Positions 18,603 to 28,390 of a stretch of DNA of 64,000 bases are shown here, one piece after another (within the stretch, counting starts at the first letter, position 1; each line of letters begins with the position of its first letter). The stretch spans positions 2,688,001-2,752,000 of the forward strand of contig OX638340.1 in assembly GCA_951812955.1 (NCBI GenBank), in the 5' to 3' direction. A model generated the notes under the pieces. The model searched no databases. It was not told the origin of the DNA and was given only the letters and a program-made list of their open reading frames with translations. The translations under genes and the position numbers were made by a program. This DNA is from an uncultured Gemmatimonadota bacterium. GTDB taxonomy: Bacteria; JAAXHH01.

Positions 18603-19262
18603 TTGCCGCTCTATGAATTCAACCTCACGGATTTTCTTTTTCCCGCGGATCTCCCGAACAACAAGGCCAATTTCCGCTTTGTTGTCGATCTGCGATTCAT
18701 AAATCATCGCAGTCAGTTTGCCACCGAACACGCCGTGATGCCTAGCCTCGACACGTTCTGGGAATGCGATACCGAACGGTCGGGAAAACCGAATTACGTT
18801 CGCGGCGCTGGAGAGGAAGCGTTGCGGATTGGCGATCTTCCGGCCGGCCGTTGCGGCCGTTTCGAGATGGCGGAGATTGACGATTGGGACAAACTCATTT
18901 TGCTGGTACGGGGGAAGCGTATCCATTCCATTCAATTCAAGGTATACGACGTGGATCGCAGAGATGCCTGGGACAAGATCAAGGATTTCCTGGCCGGGAT
19001 CGTCGAGGCCGTCGTCGGCAGAATCCGAGGGGCGGTCCCGGAGAACCTCCCCTTGCATCTGCCGGAATCCCTGGGCGGCGCGGCGGACGACCTGCAGTCC
19101 TTCCTGCTGAAAAAGATCGCGGGTGGCGACGCGGTCCTGTTCCGGGGATCTGCGAATCTTGCCGAGCTTTCCGGTGAAGGATCGACGCACCATACGGTGC
19201 ATGGCCGGGGAACCCGGGGAACGTACATGATCGGTTTCAGCCTGACCCAGCGGGATGGGTGA
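18603..19262 (+). CDS. Hypothetical protein (about 220 aa) with no recognisable domain. First gene of a two-gene operon with the metallophosphoesterase.
   Basis: TTG start at 18603 with a perfect GGAGG 6 nt upstream. The in-frame GTG at 18519 has no RBS. Varied amino-acid composition. The antisense 482-aa ORF 18534..19982 is the artefact. GC is intermediate (about 53-55%). Confidence 0.5.
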   Translation: MPLYEFNLTDFLFPADLPNNKANFRFVVDLRFINHRSQFATEHAVMPSLDTFWECDTERSGKPNYVRGAGEEALRIGDLPAGRCGRFEMAEIDDWDKLILLVRGKRIHSIQFKVYDVDRRDAWDKIKDFLAGIVEAVVGRIRGAVPENLPLHLPESLGGAADDLQSFLLKKIAGGDAVLFRGSANLAELSGEGSTHHTVHGRGTRGTYMIGFSLTQRDG

Positions 19263-19274
19263 ATCCATGCCGCC

Positions 19275-20651
19275 ATGCTGGTAATCGTCAGCGACCTGCA
19301 TTTGACGGACGGCACATCCGGCCGGACCATCAATGCGCATGCCTTTCGGTTGTTCGCCGACCGGGTTCGGGACATGGCCTTCGACGCCTCCTGGCGGCGC
19401 GGGGGTTCCTACCGGCCGGTCGAGCGCGTCGACATCCTCCTTCTGGGAGATATCCTGGACGTCATTCGCTCGACCCGGTGGCTTGAGACCGATCGCGGGA
19501 CGCGTCCCTGGAGCGACCCCGCGGACGTCCGGCTCGCCCGGAAGGTGAATGAAGTAACCGATGAGATCCTGAAGCACAATGCGCACGCGCTGTCTCATCT
19601 CGGGAACCTGGCGCGTCCCGGAGGCCTCCTGCTTTCTCCGCCCGGGGGAGCGAATGGGAACCCGAAGCATTCCGAGCCCGGCCTGCCGGTACGGATCGGC
19701 ATCCACTACATGGTCGGCAACCACGACTGGTTCTATCATTTGCCCGGCGCGGACTACCACCCTCTGAGGAGGAAGGTCTCGGACGCCCTGGGGCTGGAGA
19801 ACGACCCTGACGCGCCCTTCCCCCACGATCAGGAAGAATCGGCCCGACTCGACGGCATACTTCGTGATCACGGGGTCATCGCCCGCCATGGAGACGTCTT
19901 CGATCCCTTCAATTACTCCGGATCGAGGAACGAGCCGTCGCTGGGGGACGGCGTCGTCATAGAATTGGTGATCCGCTTCCACCGGGAGGTCCTCGCCCGC
20001 CTGGGATCACGAATGCCCCGGTCGTTCATCGACGGACTGCGGGAGATGGACAATGTCCGCCCCCTGGCAGCCGTTCCCGTCTGGATCGACGGCCTGTTAC
20101 GTAGTCACGGGGTGCCAGGAAGAGAGGCTCGCAAGGTAAAAGACACCTGGAACGACCTGGTCGACGCCTTCCTCGATCTGGATTTCATCCGGGGGCGGGA
20201 CGCTTACTTGAATCCCTTCGACAGCGTGGACCGGCTGGAATACGCGCTGAGGATCACGCGAGACATTCCGCTAGTCGCGGCGAGCGCGCTGGGCGCGTGG
20301 TGGAACGACCTGGCGAGTGGTCCAGGCGGCACGGACGAATCCTATCATGCCCACGCTGCCGGGGAAAAGGCGGTGCTGGACAGGGAGGCACGGCACGTGG
20401 TATACGGCCATACCCACCACTACGAAATCGTGCCCCTCGACGCCATGACGCGGGACGGCCGGCGATTCGAACAGGTCTACTTCAACGCGGGCACGTGGCG
20501 CAGGGTACATCGGCTCGCTCGTTCGTCCCGGCGCGGCCGGTCCTTTGTAGCCTACGACGTCATGACCTTCCTGACATTTTTCAAGGACGACGAACGCATG
20601 GGCCGCCCGTTCGCCTGCTGGTCGGGGACGCTGGGCGAGGCGCGCCGGTAG
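19275..20651 (+). CDS. Calcineurin-like metallophosphoesterase (458 aa) with large insertions between catalytic motifs
   Basis: Catalytic motifs IVSDLHLTDG (DxH), LLLGDILD (GDxxD), GNHD and VVYGHTHH are in canonical order. ATG lies 13 nt after the upstream stop. Confidence 0.75.
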   Translation: MLVIVSDLHLTDGTSGRTINAHAFRLFADRVRDMAFDASWRRGGSYRPVERVDILLLGDILDVIRSTRWLETDRGTRPWSDPADVRLARKVNEVTDEILKHNAHALSHLGNLARPGGLLLSPPGGANGNPKHSEPGLPVRIGIHYMVGNHDWFYHLPGADYHPLRRKVSDALGLENDPDAPFPHDQEESARLDGILRDHGVIARHGDVFDPFNYSGSRNEPSLGDGVVIELVIRFHREVLARLGSRMPRSFIDGLREMDNVRPLAAVPVWIDGLLRSHGVPGREARKVKDTWNDLVDAFLDLDFIRGRDAYLNPFDSVDRLEYALRITRDIPLVAASALGAWWNDLASGPGGTDESYHAHAAGEKAVLDREARHVVYGHTHHYEIVPLDAMTRDGRRFEQVYFNAGTWRRVHRLARSSRRGRSFVAYDVMTFLTFFKDDERMGRPFACWSGTLGEARR

Positions 20652-21300
20652 GACGGGATATGAGTATCAGAACCGCAATCCGAATCAAAGTCAACTGAGA
20701 TTGAACGACATAAACGAGTTACGGTCAGCAAAGAATAGTTTACCCTAACTGCTGATATTCGTACATTTTGTTGACGAGCATTTGACTCCAAGTTCTAACG
20801 ATACTTCGCATGCGATGCGTGTTTTTCAAACCAAAGATCGTGTTGGAAGTGTTATACTGAGTGAGGATACGTGTGAATTGCCGACGAGATTCCTGACAAA
20901 AACTTAATAGAATTTGGCCACAAAGGAGACTGTTATGTCTGAGGATAGACATACTTCCAGAGAGCAGAACGATATAGAAATCAAGAGTGTAAACGAAGAT
21001 TCGCCAGGAATCGAGACTATGCCCGATATTACCCCGGAGATGATTTCGCCAAATCCTCCCCAAAGCAACAGTGAGAACAACCAGCACGATCAAACAGGGT
21101 CATCAAATGTAGAAAGTGACTAAGATGTCGAGTTCAGTTCAGGCGATATAGAGTGGGTGCAATTGCACAAGAAAAAGTAACAAATAAAACTGTATTCAAC
21201 CGCTTGATTAGAATCCTTGTTAAGACTGGCAGCAGACCCTTTTCACTTGACTTGAAAGACCTCTCGCCCTACCATGGTGCAGTTGTTTAGGGAGATATCG
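20652..21300. other. AT-rich segment between the metallophosphoesterase operon and the tRNA genes
   Basis: Compositional shift to roughly 40-45% GC. Confidence 0.6.
20935..21123 (+). CDS. Small acidic, S/N/Q/P-rich hypothetical protein (62 aa)
   Basis: ATG preceded by AAAGGAG at 6 nt spacing. Composition is atypical for this genome. The track ORF begins at an upstream TTG (20914). Confidence 0.35.
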   Translation: MSEDRHTSREQNDIEIKSVNEDSPGIETMPDITPEMISPNPPQSNSENNQHDQTGSSNVESD

Positions 21301-21309
21301 GGAAGGTAT

Positions 21310-21396
21310 GCCGGGGTGGTGGAATTGGTAGACACAGGAGACTTAAAATCTCCCGGACCTCAATAGTCCGTGCCGGTTCGAGTCCGGCCCTCGGCA
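21310..21396 (+). tRNA. tRNA-Leu (anticodon UAA), type II with a long variable arm
   Basis: The cloverleaf was read manually. It has a GCCGGGG acceptor, an anticodon loop cuUAAaa, a long variable stem-loop and a GTTCGAGTC T-loop. Confidence 0.85.
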
Positions 21397-21435
21397 TTCG
21401 GGGTCGTGAACAAACTGGTGAATGCTGGATATGCA

Positions 21436-21509
21436 GGGCGCTTAGCTCAGATGGTTAGAGTGCCACGTTGACATCGTGGAGGTCAGTGGTTCGATCCCAC
21501 TAGCGCCCA
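21436..21509 (+). tRNA. tRNA-Val (anticodon GAC)
   Basis: Acceptor GGGCGCT/AGCGCCC, anticodon stem CCACG/CGTGG with loop TTGACAT, and T-loop GTTCGATCC. Confidence 0.8.
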
Positions 21510-21522
21510 TTCCGTTCCGAAC

Positions 21523-21553
21523 CAAGCAAATGCCCGGCCCTGGTCGCTCCGGC
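21523..21553 (+). terminator. Rho-independent terminator after the tRNA pair (CCCGGCC-11 nt loop-GGCCGGG followed by TTTCTT)
   Basis: Inverted repeat plus T-tract read directly. Confidence 0.5.
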
Positions 21554-21597
21554 CGGGTTTCTTAATTCCCCCTGCTCCTAAACCAGTTTGCTCCAGC

Positions 21598-22647
21598 ATG
21601 AAAATCACGGATATCAAGGCCGTCTACCCGGCATGGAAGAAAAAGGGGTCGGGCGCCTGGCAAGAGTATTACTGGCAGATCGTGGTCCGGGTGGAGACGG
21701 ACACCGGCGTCCTGGGGTACGGGTACGGCGGAGGCGGAGAACCCGGCAAACTGATCGTCAACGGTCATCTGCGCGATGCGCTGATTGGCAGGACGATCGG
21801 CAGCGTGGATGATATTCGCGACACCTGGGACCATCTCTACTTCAAATCCCTGCCGTACGGCCGCAATGGCATTGTGATCATGGCCCTCAGCGGAATCGAT
21901 CTGGCCCTGTGGGACCTGCTCGGTAAAACCGAAGGCAAGCCCGTATACGAGCTGATCGGGGGATTGAAGAAGGACAAGGTCCGTGCCTACGCGACAGGGG
22001 GCGACCCTGCACGGGTCCGCGACCTGGGCTATACGGCCGTAAAGCGCTCGCACAAGTGGCGGTCTGACGCCGACTACGACGTAGCCGCGGTCCAGGCGGC
22101 CCGGTGCAGGGAGCTGTTCGGTCCGGACGCGCTGCTCATGTTCGACTGCTACATGTCCTGGGATGCCTGGGTAGCCCTGCGGATGCGCGAAATCCTGGCC
22201 GAATACGAACCCTACTGGTTCGAGGATCTCATCACCCCCGACCATCTGGACGAACTGGCCGAACTCAGGCCGCGGCTGGCGCCTGTTCTACTGGCCGGCG
22301 GCGAGCACGATTTCTCCCACCATGCGTTCCGCGCCATTGCCCGCGCCGGCGCCCTGGACCTGTGGCAGCCCGATATCACCTGGTGCGGTGGAATAACGGC
22401 GGGGTTGCGCATCCTGGACCTGGCCAGATCGCAAGGGGTGCCTGTATGTCCCCATCGTGGGGGCGAAATCTGGGGGCTGCACCTAATCGCCGCGACGGAT
22501 TGCATGGATCTGGCGGAGACCCACCCGGATAGGCGGAACGATATGGACGGCTCGGTGCTGCTCGACGAGCCCGTGGTATCCGGCGGCGAGATCGCACCGG
22601 CTGACCGTCCGGGGTTCGGCGTCACGCTGAAACCGGCGTATTGCTAG
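21598..22647 (+). CDS. Enolase-superfamily enzyme (mandelate racemase/muconate lactonizing enzyme-like, probably an acid-sugar dehydratase)
   Basis: N-terminal capping domain followed by a TIM barrel. The conserved acid/base and metal-ligand segments are in place (GIDLALWDLLGK, FDCY, EDL, GEHD, WCGGIT). Confidence 0.8.
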   Translation: MKITDIKAVYPAWKKKGSGAWQEYYWQIVVRVETDTGVLGYGYGGGGEPGKLIVNGHLRDALIGRTIGSVDDIRDTWDHLYFKSLPYGRNGIVIMALSGIDLALWDLLGKTEGKPVYELIGGLKKDKVRAYATGGDPARVRDLGYTAVKRSHKWRSDADYDVAAVQAARCRELFGPDALLMFDCYMSWDAWVALRMREILAEYEPYWFEDLITPDHLDELAELRPRLAPVLLAGGEHDFSHHAFRAIARAGALDLWQPDITWCGGITAGLRILDLARSQGVPVCPHRGGEIWGLHLIAATDCMDLAETHPDRRNDMDGSVLLDEPVVSGGEIAPADRPGFGVTLKPAYC

Positions 22648-22825
22648 CATATGCATCCGCTCTCGTGGGATATAAGGAAGCGCTTCGACTACTCTATCTA
22701 GCTGAAACCATGTAACTTGTGGATTAAATCCCCGGTTTTCGGGGATTTGGCGCCGGATCATATCCGGCTTGTTGATGCATCGGCAAGGACCGCGCCTCGT
22801 ACTGCAGCACGGCGGCGCAAAAACG

Positions 22826-22945
22826 AAAGGAGGTTTGTATGATATCTAAACCACGGAGGCGTGAAGACTGATCTGATCAGTTGACACGCCTCCAGACGTG
22901 ACCCGGGCGTCTTGTCTAGTGCAAGGCGTCCGGTTTTTTTGTGCT
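22826..22945 (+). promoter_or_regulatory. Candidate leader-peptide/attenuator element upstream of pyrD
   Basis: Perfect SD AAAGGAGG, then after 5 nt a 10-codon ORF MISKPRRRED (22839-22871). A PyrR-box-like CCACGGAGGCGU lies inside the ORF, and a T7 run sits at 22934-22940. Confidence 0.3.
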
Positions 22946-23051
22946 TGCACCTCGAACCGGGCGGATGTAGTCCTCTAGTATCGGATTGGTTTCTACCGAT
23001 GATTGCGGGCCTCCGGCGAGACATTCTTTCCACTAACCCTGTCACACTTCC

Positions 23052-24173
23052 ATGTCCATGTACCGTCTGCTTCGTCCCGTTCTTTTTCGTCTCGATCCCG
23101 AGTGGATACACCGTGCCACATTGTCCGCGGTCGGTGCGGCGGGCCGTATTCGGCCGGTGCGGGACCTGCTTCATAACCTGCTCACCGAAGAAGACTCGCG
23201 GCTGAGGGTGGAGGCTGGAGGACTTGCCTTCCCGAATCCTGTGGGACTGGCAGCCGGGTTCGACAAGAACGGCGTCGCCATGGAAGGGCTCGCGGCAGCG
23301 GGATTCGGTTTCGTAGAGGTGGGTTCGGTCTCTGCCCATCCGTCGTCGGGTAATCCGGAACGGCCCAGGCTGTTCCGGGTACCGAAGGACGAGTCGATCG
23401 TGGTCAACTACGGGGTGCCCAATGACGGCGCGGAAGCGGTGGCACGGCGGTTCGCATCCACCAGGCTGTCCGTCCCCCTCGGCATCAACCTGGTCGAAAC
23501 GAACACAGGAAGGCCGGCGGGCGCGGACGAGGTGGTGGTGGAACTGATCGAGGCGATGCGTCCCTTTCTCGGCCTCGCGGATTACGCGACGCTCAATCTG
23601 AACTGCCCCAACACGACATCGGGCCGCAGCCCTTTCGACGATCCGAACACCTTGCGGTCGCTACTCGAAGGATACGCGAAGTACGAGGCCATGCCCCCCA
23701 CCTTCCTGAAGGTGGTGCCCACCACCGATCCGGGTACGATCGAAGGAACGCTCGCGGCCATGGATTCTTTTCCCTACGTGAAGGGGATCGTGTTCGGCCT
23801 GCCGACGGGGAAACCCTATGACAACCTGAAGACGCCGCCGCAGGTCCTCGGCGCTATGCCCGGGACCCTTTGCGGCAGGCCCACGCGGGAATTGATCGAC
23901 GATTCCATTCGGGCATGGTTTGCCCGGATGGACCATGGCCGTCACGTGATCGTGGGCACCGGGGGTGTTTTCACCGCCGAAGACGTCTACCGGAAGATCC
24001 GCCTGGGCGCTACACTCGTTCAACTATACACGGCCCTGATCTATCACGGCCCGGGTCTGGTTAAGCGCATCAACCGGGGCCTGGGCAGCCTGATGGACCG
24101 GGACGGCCTGAGCCGGATTTCCGACGCTGTGGGCGTGGATAATCGGCAGAAGAGGAGTACCCTCGATGTCTGA
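23052..24173 (+). CDS. pyrD: Dihydroorotate dehydrogenase (quinone), class 2
   Basis: LFRLDPEWIH, GLAAGFDKNG, VEVGSV, LNLNCPNT, IVGTGGVF and the LVQLYTALIYHGPGL C-terminus match class-2 PyrD throughout. Confidence 0.85.
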   Translation: MSMYRLLRPVLFRLDPEWIHRATLSAVGAAGRIRPVRDLLHNLLTEEDSRLRVEAGGLAFPNPVGLAAGFDKNGVAMEGLAAAGFGFVEVGSVSAHPSSGNPERPRLFRVPKDESIVVNYGVPNDGAEAVARRFASTRLSVPLGINLVETNTGRPAGADEVVVELIEAMRPFLGLADYATLNLNCPNTTSGRSPFDDPNTLRSLLEGYAKYEAMPPTFLKVVPTTDPGTIEGTLAAMDSFPYVKGIVFGLPTGKPYDNLKTPPQVLGAMPGTLCGRPTRELIDDSIRAWFARMDHGRHVIVGTGGVFTAEDVYRKIRLGATLVQLYTALIYHGPGLVKRINRGLGSLMDRDGLSRISDAVGVDNRQKRSTLDV

Positions 24174-25263
24174 GGTTGTGTCGTCTCTGGACGCCTTAAC
24201 GCCTGAACTGCTGACCTCTATACTCCGCAAGAACGGCAAGCTGGGACAGGGCAGGGTCCTGGGCATGAGGATTCAACCCAATCCCGCGTTCAATTCAATC
24301 GCCGCACACCTTGAGCCGGTGTACACCACGAACGCGCAGGCCGACGTTCCGAAGCGCCTGTTCATCAAGATAAATCAGACGCATGGTGGAAGGGATGAGA
24401 TCGCCTTCTATGGCCTGGTCTCCGCGCAAAAACAGCCACTTTCCATGATGATTCCGGTCATCGACGGCGCGTACGACGAGGACACGGGGGTTTCGCACTG
24501 CCTGATGCACGACGTATCCGGTACGCACCATGCACCCGTCTCCCGCGAGCGCATACTGGCTGGAGACGGCGTGCCTGAGGAAGGGGAACTGACCGGTTGT
24601 GTGGAAGCCCTGGCCGGCCTGCACGCATATTGGTGGGAACATCCGGTCCTGCGGGACGGCCCCGTAAGGACCCCGCTGCCGTTCAGGGATGAAGAACGCT
24701 ACATGGCCGAGGTGCGGGAGCAGGCGGAGGAATGGAGGCGATTCAGATCATCGGAAGCAGACGGATTATCTCGAGATTTGCTCGAACTGTACGACAGTCG
24801 AATAGAAGCGCTTCCCACGCTTTGGGACCGGTATCTAAATCACAGATTCACCCATTTCTCAAAGCTCACGGTTTGCCACTCGGATTGTTACTTCACCCAG
24901 TTCCTCTGTCCCGACGACCCGGAGGTTCACGGAACCTATCTGTCGGATTTGGAGGAGGCATGCGTCTACCTGGGCGCTGAAGACCTGGTATACCTGATCG
25001 CGACGTTTTGGACGCGTGAACAGAGACAGGAAAATGACCGGGAAATACGATGCCTGACGCGGTACTACGAGGCGCTGGTGAATCGCGGTGTTGAAAACTA
25101 CTCGTGGGACGATCTCTGCAGGGATTACCGCCTTCAACTGATCTGGCGGGTCGAACTTCCCATCTGGGATCAGCAAAACGGGAGTTCGGGGGACTACTGG
25201 CGGCCAAAGATGCAGTGTCTGGCCGACGCGTACCGCGACTGGGACTGCGCGGCGCTCCTGTAG
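24166..25263 (+). CDS. Phosphotransferase-family protein (APH/choline-kinase-like fold). Overlaps the pyrD stop by 8 nt.
   Basis: Kinase-like HxD motif (CHSDCYFTQF). This is a weak family-level call. Confidence 0.5.
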   Translation: MSEVVSSLDALTPELLTSILRKNGKLGQGRVLGMRIQPNPAFNSIAAHLEPVYTTNAQADVPKRLFIKINQTHGGRDEIAFYGLVSAQKQPLSMMIPVIDGAYDEDTGVSHCLMHDVSGTHHAPVSRERILAGDGVPEEGELTGCVEALAGLHAYWWEHPVLRDGPVRTPLPFRDEERYMAEVREQAEEWRRFRSSEADGLSRDLLELYDSRIEALPTLWDRYLNHRFTHFSKLTVCHSDCYFTQFLCPDDPEVHGTYLSDLEEACVYLGAEDLVYLIATFWTREQRQENDREIRCLTRYYEALVNRGVENYSWDDLCRDYRLQLIWRVELPIWDQQNGSSGDYWRPKMQCLADAYRDWDCAALL

Positions 25264-25321
25264 CCGGCGCCGCTGTTACAAGCGCTTCTGTAACCCGTGG
25301 GCCAGCGATGGACAGTCCGGC

Positions 25322-26482
25322 CTAGAACGTGCCTTCCACGCTCAGCGTCGCGCCGCCGGTTCCCTCTTTTCGCATCGTGGACGAACGGATTCGCTCCTGT
25401 AGTTTTTCGTAGTACAGGTTTTCGTCCACCGGGATATCGACCAAGCCGTCCGTCCAGGCGGACAGCAACATGGCGTTGGCCAGTTCCACGCCACGGATGC
25501 CCTCGACGCCCGGCGCGATCAGCGGCGTTCCCTCGCGGATTGCGCCCACCCAGTCCCTGGTGATGCCGCGATGCTCTTCTCCGCCGCCGCGGAAGGGAAT
25601 CTCGCATTTCCAGGTCTCCGGACTGCCGAACCCGCCCTTCCATTCGCGGTTGAAGACGTTCATCGGCGTCCGGTTGCGCCAGAAGGTGATCCGGCCCTCT
25701 TCCATGACCACCTTGCCGTTGTCGCCCGTGATCTCCATACGGTTGGTGCCGGGCGATTCGCCCGTTGTCGTGATGAATACGCCGGTGGCGCCGTTTTCGT
25801 ATTCGGCATAGGCCGTCACGTCGTCTTCCACCTCGATGTCGTGGTATTTCCCGAAACCGCAGAAAGCCCGGATACGTACCGGCATGCCGCAGATCCACTG
25901 CCAGAGGTCGAGGTTGTGGGGGCACTGGTTGGCCAGCACGCCGCCGCCTTCGCCGGCCCACGTGGCGCGCCATCCGCCCGAGTCATAGTAGCTCTGCGCG
26001 CGGAACCAGTTCGTGATGATATAGTTCGTCCTGCGAAGTTCGCCCAGTTCCCCGGAATCCACCAGTTCCTTGAGCTTGCGGTGCTCCCCGAGGGTGCGCT
26101 GGTTGAACATGAGGCCGAAGACCAGGCTGCTCTTCTCCGCTGCCGCGTTCATTTCCCTGACCTGGCCGGTATACACGCCGGCCGGTTTCTCGCACAGGAC
26201 GTGGAGGCCGTGGCCAAAGGCCTTGATCGCCAGTGGCGGATGGTCGTAGTGGGGCGTGGCGATGATCACGGCGTCGATTCCGTTCGAACGCAGCAGCTCG
26301 TCCGCGTCCCTGTAGGCTTCGACGCCGTCCCCGGTCCGGGACTTCGCACGGGCCAGTTGGTCCGGATCGACGTCGCAGACGGCCTTCAACTCCGCGCCCG
26401 GTATTTCGTTCCCGGCGAGGTATTCTATGTGGAAGTTGCCCATGTTTCCGAGGCCGATGACACCTATGCGTACGCCGTCCAT
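25322..26482 (-). CDS. Gfo/Idh/MocA-family NAD(P)-dependent oxidoreductase
   Basis: VRIGVIGLGNMGNFH Rossmann N-terminus, the EKP motif and a GFO-type C-terminal domain. Confidence 0.85.
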   Translation of the reverse strand: MDGVRIGVIGLGNMGNFHIEYLAGNEIPGAELKAVCDVDPDQLARAKSRTGDGVEAYRDADELLRSNGIDAVIIATPHYDHPPLAIKAFGHGLHVLCEKPAGVYTGQVREMNAAAEKSSLVFGLMFNQRTLGEHRKLKELVDSGELGELRRTNYIITNWFRAQSYYDSGGWRATWAGEGGGVLANQCPHNLDLWQWICGMPVRIRAFCGFGKYHDIEVEDDVTAYAEYENGATGVFITTTGESPGTNRMEITGDNGKVVMEEGRITFWRNRTPMNVFNREWKGGFGSPETWKCEIPFRGGGEEHRGITRDWVGAIREGTPLIAPGVEGIRGVELANAMLLSAWTDGLVDIPVDENLYYEKLQERIRSSTMRKEGTGGATLSVEGTF

Positions 26483-26522
26483 TGCATACTCCTCCCAAAA
26501 CCGCGCCGGCCGGGAATTCCAT

Positions 26523-27386
26523 TCACCCGGCGAGGGCGGCCATCTTTCCGTTTCGCATCACGCTGGGGAAATGCTCGCCCGCCTGGTTCATGGGTCCGCC
26601 GTCCGGCAGGTCGACGAAGGCTTTCATCACATGCTGGCCCGAGGCGACGAAGCGGGACTCGCCGGTCATGTAATGCATGGCGATGGCGCGTCTCGGCGTC
26701 TGGGAATGGTTGAAGGGCGAGCCGTGCCAGGTCAGCGAATGGTGGAACGAGACCTCGCCGGCCTGCACAGGCCAAGGCCTGGGCTCCACGACGGAGGTTT
26801 CGGCGTCGTCTGGCGGCGAGAAGCCCTCGATCTGTCCGAAGTCCCCGGCCTGCTTCAGGTGGGCCTGCGTCCGCAGGAACTCGATCTGGTTGCCCCACCG
26901 GTGGCTGCCCGGCGTCATCCACATGCATCCGTTTTCCACCGTGGCGTCGTCCAGGGCGACCCAGGCGGAGACCGGCGTCATGGGCCGTATGATAGGCCAG
27001 AGCGGCGCGTCCTGGTGCCAGCTCGTCACACCGCCGTGTCCCGGTGGCTTGTACTGGATCTGGTCGTGCCAGACCAGAAGCTCTTCGGCCCCGGTGAGCT
27101 GGCTGATGGCTTCGACGATCAGGGGATGATGGATCAGGCGTCGGTAGGCGTCGGACACTTCCCAGATATTCACGATCTGCCATACGCAGCGTTCAGGCTC
27201 GCGTTCCCGGACCATGTTGTGAAAGAGTACCGGTCTCGGCCCTTCCTCGGGGAATCCCTCCGGACCGGTATCCAGCACGCGTTGCAATTCGTCCCTCAGT
27301 TCCTGGATCCCGGCGTCGTCCAGCACGGGGCCGCCATTGAGAAACCCGTTCCGGTGAAACTCGGCGATCTGCCGACGGTTAAGCAT
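26523..27386 (-). CDS. Phytanoyl-CoA dioxygenase (PhyH) family Fe(II)/2OG oxygenase
   Basis: WHQD...H facial triad (VTSWHQDAPLWP ... SFHHSLTWHGS). ATG at 27386 with GAGGA upstream. The N-extension in the track is not used. Confidence 0.75.
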   Translation of the reverse strand: MLNRRQIAEFHRNGFLNGGPVLDDAGIQELRDELQRVLDTGPEGFPEEGPRPVLFHNMVREREPERCVWQIVNIWEVSDAYRRLIHHPLIVEAISQLTGAEELLVWHDQIQYKPPGHGGVTSWHQDAPLWPIIRPMTPVSAWVALDDATVENGCMWMTPGSHRWGNQIEFLRTQAHLKQAGDFGQIEGFSPPDDAETSVVEPRPWPVQAGEVSFHHSLTWHGSPFNHSQTPRRAIAMHYMTGESRFVASGQHVMKAFVDLPDGGPMNQAGEHFPSVMRNGKMAALAG

Positions 27387-27488
27387 GTCCTGGTCCTCGA
27401 ATCGTTGGGCGTCGTGAAACGGACTTCTGGTCGCGGCGCGTCGTGTACCTGTTCCTGTGGTGAGCACTGGCTTTCTGCGGTAAAAAAG

Positions 27489-28304
27489 TCAAAAATCCTT
27501 CGTGTAAATCAGGCGAACCCTGTCCGTATACCGGAAGGTATTGACTATCATGCTCCGGTCTCCTGCCCCCATGCTCCCGCGTTCCAACCTGATCAGCGTA
27601 CCAACCTGGTCACCCGTAATGGTGAACGTCAGTTCGGTGCCATCCACGGAGTAGGTGCCTGGATAGGCTCTGCCGTCAAAGTTCGTCAGGATCAGACGGT
27701 CGCGGGAAACCAGCCACTGGCCCTCGTCCCCCGTGCCGTCCGTGTACAGTCCATCGGGCCCGAACCGGATAAGGCGGAAGCCTGCCTGGTCCAGCACTTC
27801 CTCAAAATAACCGATGACCTTTCTTATGCTCTCGTCAATACGAGTTTTGCGCCTGCGCCTAACCGCCGCCTGATCGGCCTGTTCGGCCTGCTCCACCAGG
27901 TACCTGCGGATATTGTTCGGTATCTCTTCGGCGAAATCATGCCGCGCCAACCGCCAGGCACCCACCAGCGCCGGATCCATTGTGGCGGGGGCAGATCCGG
28001 ATGTACCTGATGTCCCGGATGCCTCGGGTCCCGGCGATGAAGGGAACTTCCCGGATCCTGCTACTTCAATCGCTTCCAGGATCCGATCCAGTTGCCTTTC
28101 GATCTCGTCAAAACGCCGGTCCTGCGCTCCCAGCCTGTTTTTGATTCGTGACAGCTCCCATTCGATCTGGTTGAGCTTGACCATGATCTGGCTTTGCCGG
28201 AAATCGACGGACTGATCGTCCGCGGCGGTCCGGTTCCATCCGCCGGCAAACGCGAGGAGGACGAGAATGCCTAGAGGCGGGAGTATGTACAGCAGTCGTT
28301 TCAT
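27489..28304 (-). CDS. Hypothetical secreted protein with a coiled-coil segment
   Basis: Signal-peptide-like N-terminus MKRLLYILPPLGILVLLAFAGG. No known motif. Confidence 0.5.
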   Translation of the reverse strand: MKRLLYILPPLGILVLLAFAGGWNRTAADDQSVDFRQSQIMVKLNQIEWELSRIKNRLGAQDRRFDEIERQLDRILEAIEVAGSGKFPSSPGPEASGTSGTSGSAPATMDPALVGAWRLARHDFAEEIPNNIRRYLVEQAEQADQAAVRRRRKTRIDESIRKVIGYFEEVLDQAGFRLIRFGPDGLYTDGTGDEGQWLVSRDRLILTNFDGRAYPGTYSVDGTELTFTITGDQVGTLIRLERGSMGAGDRSMIVNTFRYTDRVRLIYTKDF

Positions 28305-28390
28305 CTATTTGCCCTTTGGTATGCGCGGCGGGCTATCAATTTACCCCAAGACACGACGCTGCCAAAGCCTTTTTTGACCGAAGCCCCGTG

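Noticed and set aside
22726-22748. Perfect 9-bp stem-loop (AAATCCCCG-GTTTT-CGGGGATTT) downstream of the enolase-superfamily gene, as an intrinsic terminator
   Set aside because: No U-tract follows on either strand, so it is left uncalled.
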